From an uncultured Acidobacteriota bacterium (GTDB taxonomy: Bacteria; Acidobacteriota; Thermoanaerobaculia; UBA5066): DNA of 64,000 nucleotides. Position numbers and translations under genes: made by a program. The first letter of the stretch is position 1, and every line of letters begins with the position of its first letter. The stretch is from positions 1,216,001-1,280,000 of the forward strand of contig CAVZYA010000002.1 in the NCBI GenBank assembly GCA_963779415.1. The letters run 5' to 3'. The notes beneath the pieces were generated by a model, which searched no databases, was not told the origin of the DNA, and was given only the letters and a program-made list of their open reading frames with translations. This document shows positions 42,652 to 55,743 of this stretch, piece by piece.

Positions 42652-43587
42652 TCAGCGGCCGATGGCCATGGCGCCCATCGTGCCGGTCCCCATGCCGCGT
42701 CCGCCGTTCATCATGTTCCCCATGACGACGTAGCCGTCGTTCGTCGTGTTGTCGTTCACGACGGCGTAGGCCATGACCGTCCCCTGAGAGCCCTGGTTCA
42801 TCCGGACCCGGATCTGGAGGGTCGCGTCGTTGCCGCTCTTCGAGTGAACGTTCGCCAGGACGTCGTTGAACTGGTGCGACGAGTAGCCCTGGATCGTGAA
42901 GAAGAGGGATGCCGGGCCCGTTCCCGTCGGCGTCGAGCCGTCCCCGTCGAGGATCTCGACGAGGCCGCTGACCGTCGCGGAGTTCGTGTTGATCACGGCC
43001 ACGTTCACGCGGTTCCCGGGCTCCGGCAGAAGGCCGAGCATGTAAATCGCGAATTCGTCCATCCCGTACGACCCACCCATCATCGGCATCGACTGGAGCG
43101 ACATCTCGCTCGGCAGCCCCATCATGGCGAGGCCGAAGGCGCCGCCCCCGGCGTTGTTGTAGACGCGGGCCGTGGCGGAGACCGGGTTTGCCGCGACGAT
43201 CCGGATGTTCCCGGCCGCCTTCGACATGCCGAAGGTCGTGGAGACGATGTCCGGGAAGTAGGTCACGGGCTGCGTCAGCGTGACTGAAACCGAGGCCGCG
43301 GGGCTCGCGGACAGCGCGTCGGCCTCGTGGAAGTAGAGCGTCGCGCTGGTCGGCACGGTCTGACACCGGATCCAGAGGTCGGTCTGGAAGAACGCGCCCC
43401 CCTTGCCGTCTGCCCTCACGCCCGTCGGGACGATGATCTGCCCCGACATCCAGTCGGGCGGGCCTAACAAGGTAACGGGCGCTGAGCCGCCTCCGCCGCC
43501 CATCTGAGCTGCCGCAGGCCCGGAAGCGGAAACGAGAAGGAAGAGAACGAAGAATGAGGCAGATACGGCGCGGCGAATGAGTGTCAT
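42652..43587 (-). CDS. Secreted Met-rich hypothetical protein
   Basis: RBS AGGGAG, signal peptide, IVPTGVRADGKGGAFFQTDLWI domain, Met/Gly-rich segments. Confidence 0.75.
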   Translation of the reverse strand: MTLIRRAVSASFFVLFLLVSASGPAAAQMGGGGGSAPVTLLGPPDWMSGQIIVPTGVRADGKGGAFFQTDLWIRCQTVPTSATLYFHEADALSASPAASVSVTLTQPVTYFPDIVSTTFGMSKAAGNIRIVAANPVSATARVYNNAGGGAFGLAMMGLPSEMSLQSMPMMGGSYGMDEFAIYMLGLLPEPGNRVNVAVINTNSATVSGLVEILDGDGSTPTGTGPASLFFTIQGYSSHQFNDVLANVHSKSGNDATLQIRVRMNQGSQGTVMAYAVVNDNTTNDGYVVMGNMMNGGRGMGTGTMGAMAIGR

Positions 43588-43741
43588 GGTGACTCCCTTC
43601 CCTTGTAAGTGACATACGCCGCAATTTTCTTGCCCGGATTCCCGATCAACCCCGTTTGGTCTTCGTGACGCGGACTCTTTCGCGAAAATAGGCCGTCCAG
43701 GGCCGCTGACGACCGGTTCGGCGTGAAAGAATGACGGCGTC

Positions 43742-44518
43742 ATGTGCCTCGCTTTGATCGCCGTCGGCGTCCGGAAGGAGCTGCCCCTCGTCGTCGCGGC
43801 GAACCGCGACGAGTTCCACGCGCGCCCCAGCGCCCCGGCGGCCTTCTGGAGGGAGGCGCCGGGCCTCCTCGCGGGGCGGGATCTGGAAGCGGGGGGGACG
43901 TGGCTCGGCGTGACCCGGTCGGGACGTATCGCGCTCCTGACGAACCACCGGGACCCCCGCTCGCATCGCGACGGGGCTCCGTCGCGGGGCACGCTCGTCG
44001 TGGAGTTTCTCAAGGGGGAGGAGAACCCCGGAGATTTTCTTAGAAGGAAAGAGAGGGAAGCGGCGGCCTACAACGGGTTCCATCTCGTTGTGGGAGATCT
44101 TTCCGGACTCTGGTACTTGACGAACACCGCCACCGGCGGCGCTCCGCGGCGCCTTTCTCCCGGCGTCCACGGCATTTCGAACGGGCCGGTCGACGAGCCG
44201 TGGCCGAAGGTGACGCGGTCGACGGCGCGCCTCGCGGCGCTTCTCGAAGCCCCGTCGCCTCCCGTGCCCGAGGCGCTTCTCGATCTCCTCTCGGAGCGGG
44301 AGCGGGCGCCGGACGCCGAGCTGCCCGAGACGGGGATCCCTCTCGAATGGGAGCGCGCTCTCTCGTCGGTCTTCGTAGTCCACGGCGGCTACGGGACGCG
44401 CTGCTCGACGGCCCTCCTCGTCTCGAAAGACGGAGGGCTACGTTTCGTCGAGCGCAGCTTCGGTCCATCGGGTGAACCGACCGGCACGGTCGACGTCTCG
44501 TTCCGGTCCGGGACCTAG
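43742..44518 (+). CDS. NRDE (TANGO2) family protein
   Basis: MCL..., AANRDEF, GGTWLG, SRG, YGTRCST. Confidence 0.93.
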   Translation: MCLALIAVGVRKELPLVVAANRDEFHARPSAPAAFWREAPGLLAGRDLEAGGTWLGVTRSGRIALLTNHRDPRSHRDGAPSRGTLVVEFLKGEENPGDFLRRKEREAAAYNGFHLVVGDLSGLWYLTNTATGGAPRRLSPGVHGISNGPVDEPWPKVTRSTARLAALLEAPSPPVPEALLDLLSERERAPDAELPETGIPLEWERALSSVFVVHGGYGTRCSTALLVSKDGGLRFVERSFGPSGEPTGTVDVSFRSGT

Positions 44519-45690
44519 TGCGACTCCGAGAGAGCCACGTCGGCTTCGAGCGTCCGGTCGCCACGGAGGAACTTCACCTTCACCTTCTCGCCGGGCTTCC
44601 GCTTCTCGAGGAGGGTCGCGAGGTCGTCGTAGCTGTGGACCGGCTTGCCGTCCACCTCGACGATGACGTCGCCGACGAGGATGTCGCCGTTCTCGTCGCG
44701 GCGCGTTCCGCGAAGGCCGGCCTTCTCGGCGCCGGAGCCCTCGTTGACCGACAGGAGGAGGACGCCGTCCACGCCGAGGCGCCGGGCGAGACGGGCGTCG
44801 GCAAGGATGACGCCGAGCTGTGGCCGGACGATGCGGCCGTGCCGGATCAGCTCCGGGACGACCTCGTTAACCGTGTCGACCGGAATCGCGAAGCCGATCC
44901 CCGCGCTTCCGCCCGAAGGGCTCGCGATCTGCGTGTTGACCCCGATGAGCCGCCCCGCGCTGTCGAGAAGCGGGCCGCCGGAGTTGCCCGGGTTGATCGC
45001 CGCGTCCGTCTGGATGACGTCCCCGATCCTCCGGTTCGTCATCGACTCGATGCTCCGTCCGAGGGCGCTGACGATCCCCGTCGTCAGGGTCCGGTCGAGG
45101 CCGAAGGGGTTGCCGATGGCGAAGACCCGCTGTCCGACGGCGAGATCGCGGCTCGTTCCGAGAAGGATCGGTCTCAGCTTCCCGCGCGGCGCCTCGACCT
45201 GGAGAACGGCGATGTCCTTGTCGGGAGCGACGCCGACGATCCGGGCGGGATACGTGGACTGGTCGTCTAGCGTCACCTTGACGTCGGAGGAGTTCGCGAT
45301 GACGTGGAAGTTCGTCACGACGTGTCCGTCGGCATCCCAGAGGAACCCGGAGCCGGCCCCCTGCGGCACGTCCGTCACGTCGAAGAAGTTGCGTGCGCGG
45401 ACCAGCGTCGTGACGTAGACGACGGACGGGCTCGCTCTCTGGAACAGCTCGATCGTCGACTTCTCCTCGGAGGAGAGGTCGCCCCGCGCCGTGACCGGCC
45501 GGGGCTCGGCGGCAGGGCCGGTGACTCGCCGGGAGAAGGGGTTCGGAATCCCGCCCGAAAAGAAGCGGAAGACGAGATAGCCCACGAAGAGGCCGAGGAG
45601 GATCGGGAAGAGCGGCGACGGGCGCCGGGGCGGAAGGCCGGGATGCGGCGCCGGAGGGGGCGGAAACGAGACGGGCGGAAGGCTCGACAT
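44515..45690 (-). CDS. HtrA/DegP-like serine protease with PDZ domain
   Basis: VTNFHV, KDIAVL, IQTDAAINPGNSGGPL, C-terminal PDZ. Confidence 0.93.
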   Translation of the reverse strand: MSSLPPVSFPPPPAPHPGLPPRRPSPLFPILLGLFVGYLVFRFFSGGIPNPFSRRVTGPAAEPRPVTARGDLSSEEKSTIELFQRASPSVVYVTTLVRARNFFDVTDVPQGAGSGFLWDADGHVVTNFHVIANSSDVKVTLDDQSTYPARIVGVAPDKDIAVLQVEAPRGKLRPILLGTSRDLAVGQRVFAIGNPFGLDRTLTTGIVSALGRSIESMTNRRIGDVIQTDAAINPGNSGGPLLDSAGRLIGVNTQIASPSGGSAGIGFAIPVDTVNEVVPELIRHGRIVRPQLGVILADARLARRLGVDGVLLLSVNEGSGAEKAGLRGTRRDENGDILVGDVIVEVDGKPVHSYDDLATLLEKRKPGEKVKVKFLRGDRTLEADVALSESH

Positions 45691-45728
45691 TCTCGTCGTC
45701 GATTCTAGGCCCCCGTCGCTCTCGCCCG

Positions 45729-47126
45729 TTACGCCCCGCCCCCCGGCCCGACCATCTTCGAGGGGTCGACCCAGCGGTCGAAATCCCCGGGCGTGACGTA
45801 TCCGAGGGCGACCGCCGCCTCCTTGAGCGTCGTTCCCTCCTTGTGCGCCTTCTTCGCGATCTCGGCCGCCCTGTCGTAGCCGATGTGGGGATTCAGGGCC
45901 GTGACGAGCATGAGCGACTCCCTCGTCAGCGCGGCGATCCGCGCGCGGTCGGGCTCGATCCCCTCGGCGCAGTGGATCCGGAAGCTCCGGCAGGCGTCGG
46001 CGAGGAGCCGGACCGACTCGAGGAGGTTGTGGATCATGACCGGCTTCATGACGTTCAGCTCGAAGTTCCCCTGGCTCGCTGCGAAGGCGACCGCCGCGTC
46101 GTTGCCGTAGACCTCGGCGACGACCATCGTCATCGCCTCGGCCTGCGTCGGGTTCACCTTCCCCGGCATGATCGAGCTGCCCGGCTCGTTCTCCGGGATC
46201 CGGATCTCGCCGAGGCCCGAGCGGGGCCCGGAAGCCAGCCACCTCACGTCGTTCGCGATCTTCATGAGCGAACCGGCGAGCGTCCGGAGGGCCCCGGAGG
46301 CGAAGGCGAGCGCGTCGTGCGCCGCCAGCGCCTCGAACTTGTTCGGGGCGGCGACGAAGGGGTGCCCCGCCAGCTCCGAGATCCTCGTCGCCATCCGCGC
46401 GGCATAGCCGGGAGGGGCGTTGAGCCCCGTCCCGACGGCCGTCCCTCCGATGGCCAGCTCCGAGAGGTGCGGAAGCGCCTGGGCCAGATGGGCGATGCCG
46501 TGGTCGAGCTGGGAGACCCAGCCCGAGATCTCCTGCCCGAGCGTCAGCGGGACGGCGTCCTGCAGGTGCGTCCGCCCGATCTTGACGATGTCGGCGAACG
46601 CCTTCGCCTTGCCGTCGAGGACGTCGCGGAGCTTCGTCACCTCGGGGAGGAGCCGCTCCGAGATCTCGGAGACGGCCGCGATCGACATCGCGGTCGGGAA
46701 GGTGTCGTTCGAGGACTGCGACCGGTTGACGTCGTCGTTCGGATGGACCGGCGTCTTCGACCCGACGACGCCCCCCGCCATCTCGATCGCCCGGTTCGCG
46801 ATCACCTCGTTCGCGTTCATGTTCGTCTGCGTGCCGCTCCCCGTCTGGAAGACGACGAGGGGGAAGTGGTCGTCCAGCTTTCCCGCGATCACCTCGTCGG
46901 CGGCGGCGGCGATCCACTTCGCCTTTTCGGGAGGGAGGAGGCCGAGGTCGCGGTTCACCTCGGCCGCGGCCTTCTTCAGGATGCCGAAGGCCCGGATCAT
47001 CGGGCGGCCGAACCGGGCCCCGCCGATCTCGAAGTTCCGGAGGGAGCGCTCGGTCTGCGCGCCCCAGTAACGGTCGGCCGCGACCGCGATCTCGCCCATC
47101 GTGTCCTTTTCGATCCGCGTGGCCAT
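45729..47126 (-). CDS. fumC: Fumarate hydratase class II
   Basis: [38 protein letters not shown]. Confidence 0.97.
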   Translation of the reverse strand: MATRIEKDTMGEIAVAADRYWGAQTERSLRNFEIGGARFGRPMIRAFGILKKAAAEVNRDLGLLPPEKAKWIAAAADEVIAGKLDDHFPLVVFQTGSGTQTNMNANEVIANRAIEMAGGVVGSKTPVHPNDDVNRSQSSNDTFPTAMSIAAVSEISERLLPEVTKLRDVLDGKAKAFADIVKIGRTHLQDAVPLTLGQEISGWVSQLDHGIAHLAQALPHLSELAIGGTAVGTGLNAPPGYAARMATRISELAGHPFVAAPNKFEALAAHDALAFASGALRTLAGSLMKIANDVRWLASGPRSGLGEIRIPENEPGSSIMPGKVNPTQAEAMTMVVAEVYGNDAAVAFAASQGNFELNVMKPVMIHNLLESVRLLADACRSFRIHCAEGIEPDRARIAALTRESLMLVTALNPHIGYDRAAEIAKKAHKEGTTLKEAAVALGYVTPGDFDRWVDPSKMVGPGGGA

Positions 47127-47184
47127 CGGCTCTTCCGGCGACATTCTCTCTCATCGGTACGCGCGATTTCATAGACTCGGATGC

Positions 47185-48153
47185 ATGAAAGCGATCCGTC
47201 ACCACGAGAACGGCGGTCCCGAGGTCCTTCGGCTCGAGGAAATTCCCGTCCCGCGCCCGAAAGAAGGCGAGGCGCTCGTCGCCGTCGAGGCGATCGGCCT
47301 CAATTTCATCGAGGTCTACGTCCGGCGCGGCTGGTACAAGGCCGCGCTTCCCCTCACCCCCGGCTCGGAGTGCGCCGGAACGGTGCGGGAGGTCGGGCCG
47401 GGCGTCACGTCCGTGAAGCCGGGCGACCGCGTCGCGACGGTGAACGCCGCGGGGTCGTACGCGGAGCGGACGCTCGTTCCGGCCGTGCGCCTCGTCCCTC
47501 TTCCGGAAGGGGTGACGCCGCGCGACGCGGCCGCCGTGATCCTGCAGGGGATGACGGCGCATTACCTCACGACGGCGGTCTACCCGCTCAAGTTGGGGGA
47601 CACCTGCCTCGTCCATGCGGCCGCGGGCGGCGCCGGGCTCCTCCTCTGCCAGATGGCGAAAAAGCGGGGCGCCCGCGTGATCGGGACGGTCTCCACGTGG
47701 GAGAAGGCGGCCCTCGCGAAGGCGGCCGGAGCGGACGACGTCGTCGTCTACACGGAGCAGGACTTCGTGGCGGAAGTGAAGAGCGCGACCGGAGGGCGGG
47801 GCGTCAACGTGGTCTACGACTCGGTCGGGGCGACGACATTCGAGAAGGGGCTCGACGTTCTCGCACCGCGAGGCATGATGGCGCTCTTCGGCCAGTCGAG
47901 CGGCCCGGCCAAACCCTTCGATCCGCAGATCCTGAACTCGAAAGGGTCCCTCTTTCTCACCCGTCCCACCCTCGGCCACTATGTGGCGACGCGCGAGGAG
48001 CTGCTCCACCGGGCCGCGGAGGTCTTCGACTGGGTGAGGGACGGCTCGCTCAAGATCCGGATCGGCGCCGAGTTCCCCCTCGCGAAGGCCGAGGACGCCC
48101 ATCGCGCCCTCGAAGGGCGCCAGACGACGGGGAAGGTGCTTCTGATTCCGTAA
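47185..48153 (+). CDS. qor: NADPH:quinone oxidoreductase (zeta-crystallin family)
   Basis: [44 protein letters not shown]. Confidence 0.92.
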   Translation: MKAIRHHENGGPEVLRLEEIPVPRPKEGEALVAVEAIGLNFIEVYVRRGWYKAALPLTPGSECAGTVREVGPGVTSVKPGDRVATVNAAGSYAERTLVPAVRLVPLPEGVTPRDAAAVILQGMTAHYLTTAVYPLKLGDTCLVHAAAGGAGLLLCQMAKKRGARVIGTVSTWEKAALAKAAGADDVVVYTEQDFVAEVKSATGGRGVNVVYDSVGATTFEKGLDVLAPRGMMALFGQSSGPAKPFDPQILNSKGSLFLTRPTLGHYVATREELLHRAAEVFDWVRDGSLKIRIGAEFPLAKAEDAHRALEGRQTTGKVLLIP

Positions 48154-48183
48154 TCAGGAACAACGGGTCTCCGGCGCGACAGG

Positions 48184-49146
48184 TCACCCCGGGCGCCGAA
48201 GCCCGAGCAGACGCCGGAAAAGGGCGTAACCAAGAACGACCCCCATGGCCTCGATGCCGGTAAAGACGCCGAAGACAAGAAACGCCCCGCGGGTCGTGCC
48301 CGGCAACCCCTCTCCGAACACTTCGCTCAATGCCAGCGCGAACCCGCACGCCAGGGCGATCAGTCCGACGCAAGGCCACGGGTGAGCGCGGAGCAATCGG
48401 GAGAGAGTCCGCCCGGGCGGTTGGTCGGCGGCGCCCGAGCCTCTGCTCTTCGACGAGGCGGGCCTCACGTGCTCGAGAACGGCGTGAAGATCGTCCAGCA
48501 GATCCTCGTCGTAAACCTGCGCCGGGGGCACCAGCGCCAGAGCGAGAGACCAGACCTCGAAGAAGAGCAGCACCGTTCCGAATGTCGCGGTCAGGATCGC
48601 GCCGGAGACGCCGTGGCGCCATGCCTCGGGATAGAGGGCCAGAACGAGGGCGCCTCCACCCGTGATGGCGGCCGCCCGGCCCCATGCGGGAGGAGGAAGC
48701 GACGGCGCGGCGATTCGGGCGGCACGCAAGAGCATGGCGACGCCGCCGGCCGTCGAAAGACCAAGGATCCCGAGAACGATCGTCAGATGCCGCCCCGCCT
48801 CAGACGGCAGCCAGACGTCCGGATGGCGGATCATCGCAACGATGTCTGCGATCACGGTGACGAAGAAGGCCAGCATCGCGATGACGATGCCGCGGACGAT
48901 CCGCGACGCAGGCGCGTCGGGGACGCGGTCGACGACATGACCTCGCAGGGCGCGTAGCAGCGACAGCGCTGCTGCGACCGCGGCCAGCTGCACCGCAAAG
49001 GATCCGACGGCGTCGTAGGGGTCATCAACGAACGGAGCGACCCGGACGAGTGCGGGCCGGTGCTTGGCGGCAAAGAAACAGAGGCTGAAAGCGGCCGTTG
49101 TCGCCGCGCACGCGAAGGCGACACGTCGCAGCCACGATGGCTTCAT
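48184..49146 (-). CDS. Hypothetical polytopic membrane protein
   Basis: Multiple hydrophobic helices; PFVDDPYDAVGSF motif. Confidence 0.65.
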   Translation of the reverse strand: MKPSWLRRVAFACAATTAAFSLCFFAAKHRPALVRVAPFVDDPYDAVGSFAVQLAAVAAALSLLRALRGHVVDRVPDAPASRIVRGIVIAMLAFFVTVIADIVAMIRHPDVWLPSEAGRHLTIVLGILGLSTAGGVAMLLRAARIAAPSLPPPAWGRAAAITGGGALVLALYPEAWRHGVSGAILTATFGTVLLFFEVWSLALALVPPAQVYDEDLLDDLHAVLEHVRPASSKSRGSGAADQPPGRTLSRLLRAHPWPCVGLIALACGFALALSEVFGEGLPGTTRGAFLVFGVFTGIEAMGVVLGYALFRRLLGLRRPG

Positions 49147-49236
49147 CTCCCGCCAGTTCCAATCGTCAATCCAGCGACCATCGCGAGTACGACTCTTCCC
49201 GCCCGGCGACGAGGTCCGGGAGCGGGCTCGTCACGT

Positions 49237-49839
49237 CTATGTTGCGGCCTTGGGCTCGATGACCGCGCCCGTCTGCGTGCCCGTGACGCTCTGGACGTAG
49301 GCCCGGGCCACCGTCGCCGCGGAGAGGCCGTGCGCGGGGTCCATGCCGAGGGCCTGAAGCGTCTCGGTGACCCATGGAGGGCTCACCACGTTTACGCGGA
49401 TCCCGCGAGGCGCTTCGAGAGCCGCGGCCCGGGCGAAGCCTTCGAGGCCGGCGTTCACGAGGCTGATCGCCGCGCTTCCGACCATCGGCGAATGCGACAG
49501 GACGCCGCTCGTCAACGTGAACGAGCCTTTGTCGCGCACCGACGGAAGGCCGATCCGGACCAGATTGACCTGGCCCATCAGTTTGTTGGCCACGGAGAAG
49601 GCGAAATCGGCGTCCGAGAGGCCGTGCAGGGGAGCGAACTTCGCCTGGCCGGCCGCGCTGACGACGGCATCCACCGCGCCGACCTGCCGGTACATGGCGG
49701 CGATCGACGCCGGGCTCGCGAGGTCCACCGTCACGGCCGTCTTTTGGAAACTGACCGGCACGACGTCGTGGTGCGGCTCGAGTGCGGCCACAACCGCCCG
49801 CCCGATCGTCCCTGTAGCCCCGACCACCAGAATTCGCAT
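49237..49839 (-). CDS. Short-chain dehydrogenase
   Basis: VVGATGTIG, NKLMGQVNLV, RVNVVSP. Confidence 0.9.
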   Translation of the reverse strand: MRILVVGATGTIGRAVVAALEPHHDVVPVSFQKTAVTVDLASPASIAAMYRQVGAVDAVVSAAGQAKFAPLHGLSDADFAFSVANKLMGQVNLVRIGLPSVRDKGSFTLTSGVLSHSPMVGSAAISLVNAGLEGFARAAALEAPRGIRVNVVSPPWVTETLQALGMDPAHGLSAATVARAYVQSVTGTQTGAVIEPKAAT

Positions 49840-50030
49840 GCTGCTTCCTCCTTCCGACAGGTTAACAAGGCGGGCCGATCGGCATCGGCTCCGGATCCCC
49901 GAAAACGCCGATCGCGTCCTTGAGTCGGACGAGCCTCGGAATCTTCACGAGCGACGCGTCCGTGACGACGAACGTTACCGCGCTTCGTCCGACGACGCTC
50001 CCCGATGGCGCAAACCAGGGCCGCGAAGGG

Positions 50031-50540
50031 TCAGGCGGAGCCCGGCGGAGCGCCGGAGAGCGCTTTGATGGCGATCGCGCCGCTGCTCTGGTTCTGGCCC
50101 GTGAGGGCTCGTCTCAGGTAGCCCACCTGGCCGAGGTGATGCGCGAGGTGAGTGCAGAGGTGAAGGAGGAACAGACCAGTCGGCACCGGGCCGCCGCCGG
50201 GAACGTCGGGAAATCCGGCCGAGAGCACCTCCCCGGGGAGGCGAGAGAGGACCGCGTCGACGACCTGAATCGTCTTCTTGAGCTCGCCCGAGAGCGCGGC
50301 GCGAGAGACGCCGAGAGCGCTGAACTCGAGATCCCGATTGCGAACGTAACCCGTGCCGCCGAGGACGGCCCCGACGAAGTGCTGGAGATTGCCGCAAACG
50401 TGAAGAGTCAGCGTCCCTGCGGAGTTCGAGATGCCCGGAACGACCCTCCAGATCAGGCTTTCGTCCGGAAACAGCTCGAGTTCGCGTGCGAACGACGTCA
50501 GCTCCCGTGTCAGGAGAAGTCGGATCCATGCGATTTCCAC
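50031..50540 (-). CDS. DinB/DUF1572-like protein
   Basis: NSAGTLTLHVCGNL, RNRDLEF, HLAHHLGQV. Confidence 0.85.
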   Translation of the reverse strand: MEIAWIRLLLTRELTSFARELELFPDESLIWRVVPGISNSAGTLTLHVCGNLQHFVGAVLGGTGYVRNRDLEFSALGVSRAALSGELKKTIQVVDAVLSRLPGEVLSAGFPDVPGGGPVPTGLFLLHLCTHLAHHLGQVGYLRRALTGQNQSSGAIAIKALSGAPPGSA

Positions 50541-50608
50541 TCGTTTCGTCTCCTTCCGTCTCCGCCGCCCGCAAGGGCTACGCGGCGGTGACACCCCGCC
50601 CCACGATA

Positions 50609-50622
50609 TTACCGATCGGTAA
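50609..50622. promoter_or_regulatory. Perfect 14-bp palindrome, putative operator
   Basis: TTACCGATCGGTAA in a divergent intergenic region. Confidence 0.5.
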
Positions 50623-50784
50623 CGGTCCCCGGGGGCTCGTCTCGGCCAAGCCGTTCAGGGGAAAGTCCTTCGCGGCCGACCCGCTCAGGCAGAGCCCTTG
50701 CTCTTCGGAAAACGGGTGTTCTGGGGGTAAGGGGGGGCCCGCACGGGGACAACGGGTTCGTATGTCGCCTGAAGGGAGGCCGAC

Positions 50785-52227
50785 ATGAAAGAGCGGAAGT
50801 TCATCCAGAACACCGAAGACTGGTGGGCCCTCTGGATCGGGCTCTTCGTCTTCGTCCTGTCCCTGGGTCCACTCGTCGGGAAGGATCTTCTCGGATTCGG
50901 CGTGGCCACGAGCGTGTGGGTGAACATCGCAAAGGCGATGGCACCGGTCTCCAAGGCCTGGGCGGCGCTGTCGGGCTTCGGGGCCTTGCTGCTGACCTAC
51001 CTGTTCATGCTCGTCATCATGTGCGTCGGCGCCCGGGCCCTCAAGTTCAAGCTCAAGGAGTTCGCCATCAGCTTTACGGTGATCTTCTGGGTGAGCTACG
51101 GCTGCTGGCTCATCGGGAACCTCGCCTACATCGCCGCGACGCCGGACAAGCGGGCGGCCTTCAAGATCCCCTGGTCGCTGGGGCTCACGGGAGAGGCCGG
51201 CTTCGTGGTGGCCCTGATCGCGGGCCTGATCATCGGCAACTTCTTCCCGCGAGCGACCGCTTTCCTTACGGAGGCCACCCGTCCCGAGTGGTACATCAAG
51301 ACCGCCATCGTGATCCTGGGGGCCTTCCTCGGCGTGCAGGCGGCGGGGGCCACCGGACTGGCCAAGGCGATCATGTTCCGCGGCTTTGCCGCCATCGTCG
51401 AGGCGTACCTGATCTACTGGGCGCTCGTCTACCTGGTGGCGCGGAAGGTCTTCAAGTTCAGCAAGGAGTGGTCGGCGCCGCTCGCGTCCGGCATCTCCAT
51501 CTGTGGCGTCTCGGCGGCCGTCGCCACCGGCGCCGCCATCAAGAGCCGGCCGGTCGTCCCGATCATGGTCTCCTCCCTCGTCGTGATCTTCGCCGTGGTC
51601 GAGCTCCTCTTCCTGCCGTTCGTGGCGGAGACGTTCCTCTACCAGCAGCCGATGGTGGCCGGGGCCTGGATGGGCCTCGCGGTCAAGACCGACGGCGCCG
51701 CGGTGGCCAGCGGGGCCATCACCGACGCGCTGATCCGGGCCAAGGCCCTGGAGGCCACGGGCGTCCACTACAAAGAGGGGTGGATGCTCATGACCACGAC
51801 GACGGTGAAGGTGTTCATCGACATCTTCATCGGAATATGGGCGGTCATCCTGGCGGTCGTCTGGGCCACCGCCATCGAGAAGAAGCCCGGGGAGAGGGCG
51901 ACGGTGAGACAGATCTGGGAGCGCTGTCCGAAGTTCGTCTTCGGCTACGTCGCGACCTTCTTCGTGATGCTGATCCTGGCGATCCAGGCGCCGGCGTTCC
52001 TCGCCGCCTCCAAGATCTCGACCTCCGAAAGCAACATCTTCCGCGTCCTTTTCTTCGTGATGACCTTCTTCACCATCGGCCTCGTTTCGAACTTCAAGAA
52101 GCTCTGGGAAGAGGGGATCGGCAAGCTGGCTCTCGTCTACATCGTCTGCCTCTTCGGCTTCATCGTCTGGATCGGCCTGGCCATTTCGTGGATCTTCTTC
52201 CACGGGATCGTCCCCCCCACCTTGTGA
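50785..52227 (+). CDS. Putative sulfate exporter (YeiH/PSE) family transporter
   Basis: EDWWALWIG, RPEWYIKTAIV, ASGISICGVSAA, PKFVFG. Confidence 0.88.
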   Translation: MKERKFIQNTEDWWALWIGLFVFVLSLGPLVGKDLLGFGVATSVWVNIAKAMAPVSKAWAALSGFGALLLTYLFMLVIMCVGARALKFKLKEFAISFTVIFWVSYGCWLIGNLAYIAATPDKRAAFKIPWSLGLTGEAGFVVALIAGLIIGNFFPRATAFLTEATRPEWYIKTAIVILGAFLGVQAAGATGLAKAIMFRGFAAIVEAYLIYWALVYLVARKVFKFSKEWSAPLASGISICGVSAAVATGAAIKSRPVVPIMVSSLVVIFAVVELLFLPFVAETFLYQQPMVAGAWMGLAVKTDGAAVASGAITDALIRAKALEATGVHYKEGWMLMTTTTVKVFIDIFIGIWAVILAVVWATAIEKKPGERATVRQIWERCPKFVFGYVATFFVMLILAIQAPAFLAASKISTSESNIFRVLFFVMTFFTIGLVSNFKKLWEEGIGKLALVYIVCLFGFIVWIGLAISWIFFHGIVPPTL

Positions 52228-52281
52228 GGGGGCGCTCCGGGATCCGAAGGGTGAGAACGGCGAACTGAAAAGGGGGAGATC

Positions 52282-52566
52282 ATGGCACCGGCAGTCCTGG
52301 CCCCACCCGAACCGAAGGTCGAAAAAGAGCAGAAACCCGCGGTGAAGCCACCCGTGCCCGGAGCCTCCCCGCCGCGAGCGCCTCGCGAGCCGGTCACGGC
52401 CCCACCCGCGGCGACGATCGGCAAGCAGGTGGCCGAAGAGCTGGCGAAGACGCCCTACGAGCCGTTTCTGCCCGTGGAAGCCAAGCTCGTCACCTGGAGT
52501 CTGATCCTCGGCGTGGGGCTTCTCGCGCTCCTCGTCTGGGCCAGCAACACGTTCTTCGCGCACTGA
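52282..52566 (+). CDS. Small single-TM protein, probable transporter partner
   Basis: RBS GGAG; YEPFLPVEAKLVTWSLILG TM tail. Confidence 0.7.
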   Translation: MAPAVLAPPEPKVEKEQKPAVKPPVPGASPPRAPREPVTAPPAATIGKQVAEELAKTPYEPFLPVEAKLVTWSLILGVGLLALLVWASNTFFAH

Positions 52567-52661
52567 AGAGACCCTGCGGCCCCGCCCCATCGTGGCTGGT
52601 CGGTGAGGCCGGGTTCGGTCTCTCCTGATTTCCCGATCGATAATCGAGACGAGACGTGCAG

Positions 52662-52886
52662 ATGGCCGGCATCGGAAGGCTCCTGGTGACCCTCGGCGTC
52701 GTCTTCATCGCCGTCGGGGCGTTGCTCCTTTTCGCCGGGAGGATTCCCTGGCTCGGCCGTCTGCCGGGCGACATCCACGTCAAGCGGGAGAACTTCGAGT
52801 TCCACTTCCCTCTGGCGACGAGCCTCCTCCTCAGCCTCGTCCTGACCGCCGTCCTCTGGCTGATCGCGAGGTTCTGGCGGCGGTAG
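52662..52886 (+). CDS. DUF2905 family protein
   Basis: LGRLPGDI...FHFPLATSLLLS. Confidence 0.88.
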   Translation: MAGIGRLLVTLGVVFIAVGALLLFAGRIPWLGRLPGDIHVKRENFEFHFPLATSLLLSLVLTAVLWLIARFWRR

Positions 52887-52996
52887 CGCGCAGGTCGACC
52901 GGGCGCCGTTTCGTTTGGCCCGAGTCGCGTTACGCTCGGGCTCCGGAACCCGCCCCACGTCCGCGTCCGGGAGAACCGCCGAGAGGAGAGTTCAAC

Positions 52997-55665
<2,669 letters not shown>

Positions 55666-55667
<2 letters not shown>

Positions 55668-55718
55668 GGTCCAGGGCCGACAATTTCTATAATTGTATAA
55701 TTAGGGTCAGGTCCGCAC
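55666..55718 (+). repeat. Degenerate plus partial copies of the GGGTCAGGTC repeat with two TATAAT boxes
   Basis: CAATTTCTATAATTGTATAATTAGGGTCAGGTCC; CAATTTCTAT resembles the 8034 flank. Confidence 0.5.
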
Positions 55719-55743
55719 TCTCGGAAGCGTGCCGGTCGGGACG

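Noticed and set aside
43590-43740. Possible c-di-GMP riboswitch in the intergenic region
   Set aside because: A GAAA loop is present but the other consensus elements are not.
44515-48102. 1195-aa minus-strand ORF
   Set aside because: The real gene is the HtrA from 45690; the upstream part is off-frame fumC and antisense qor.
49840-50030. Possible integron attC site near GTTAAC at 49861
   Set aside because: No convincing paired R/L boxes and no integrase in the window.
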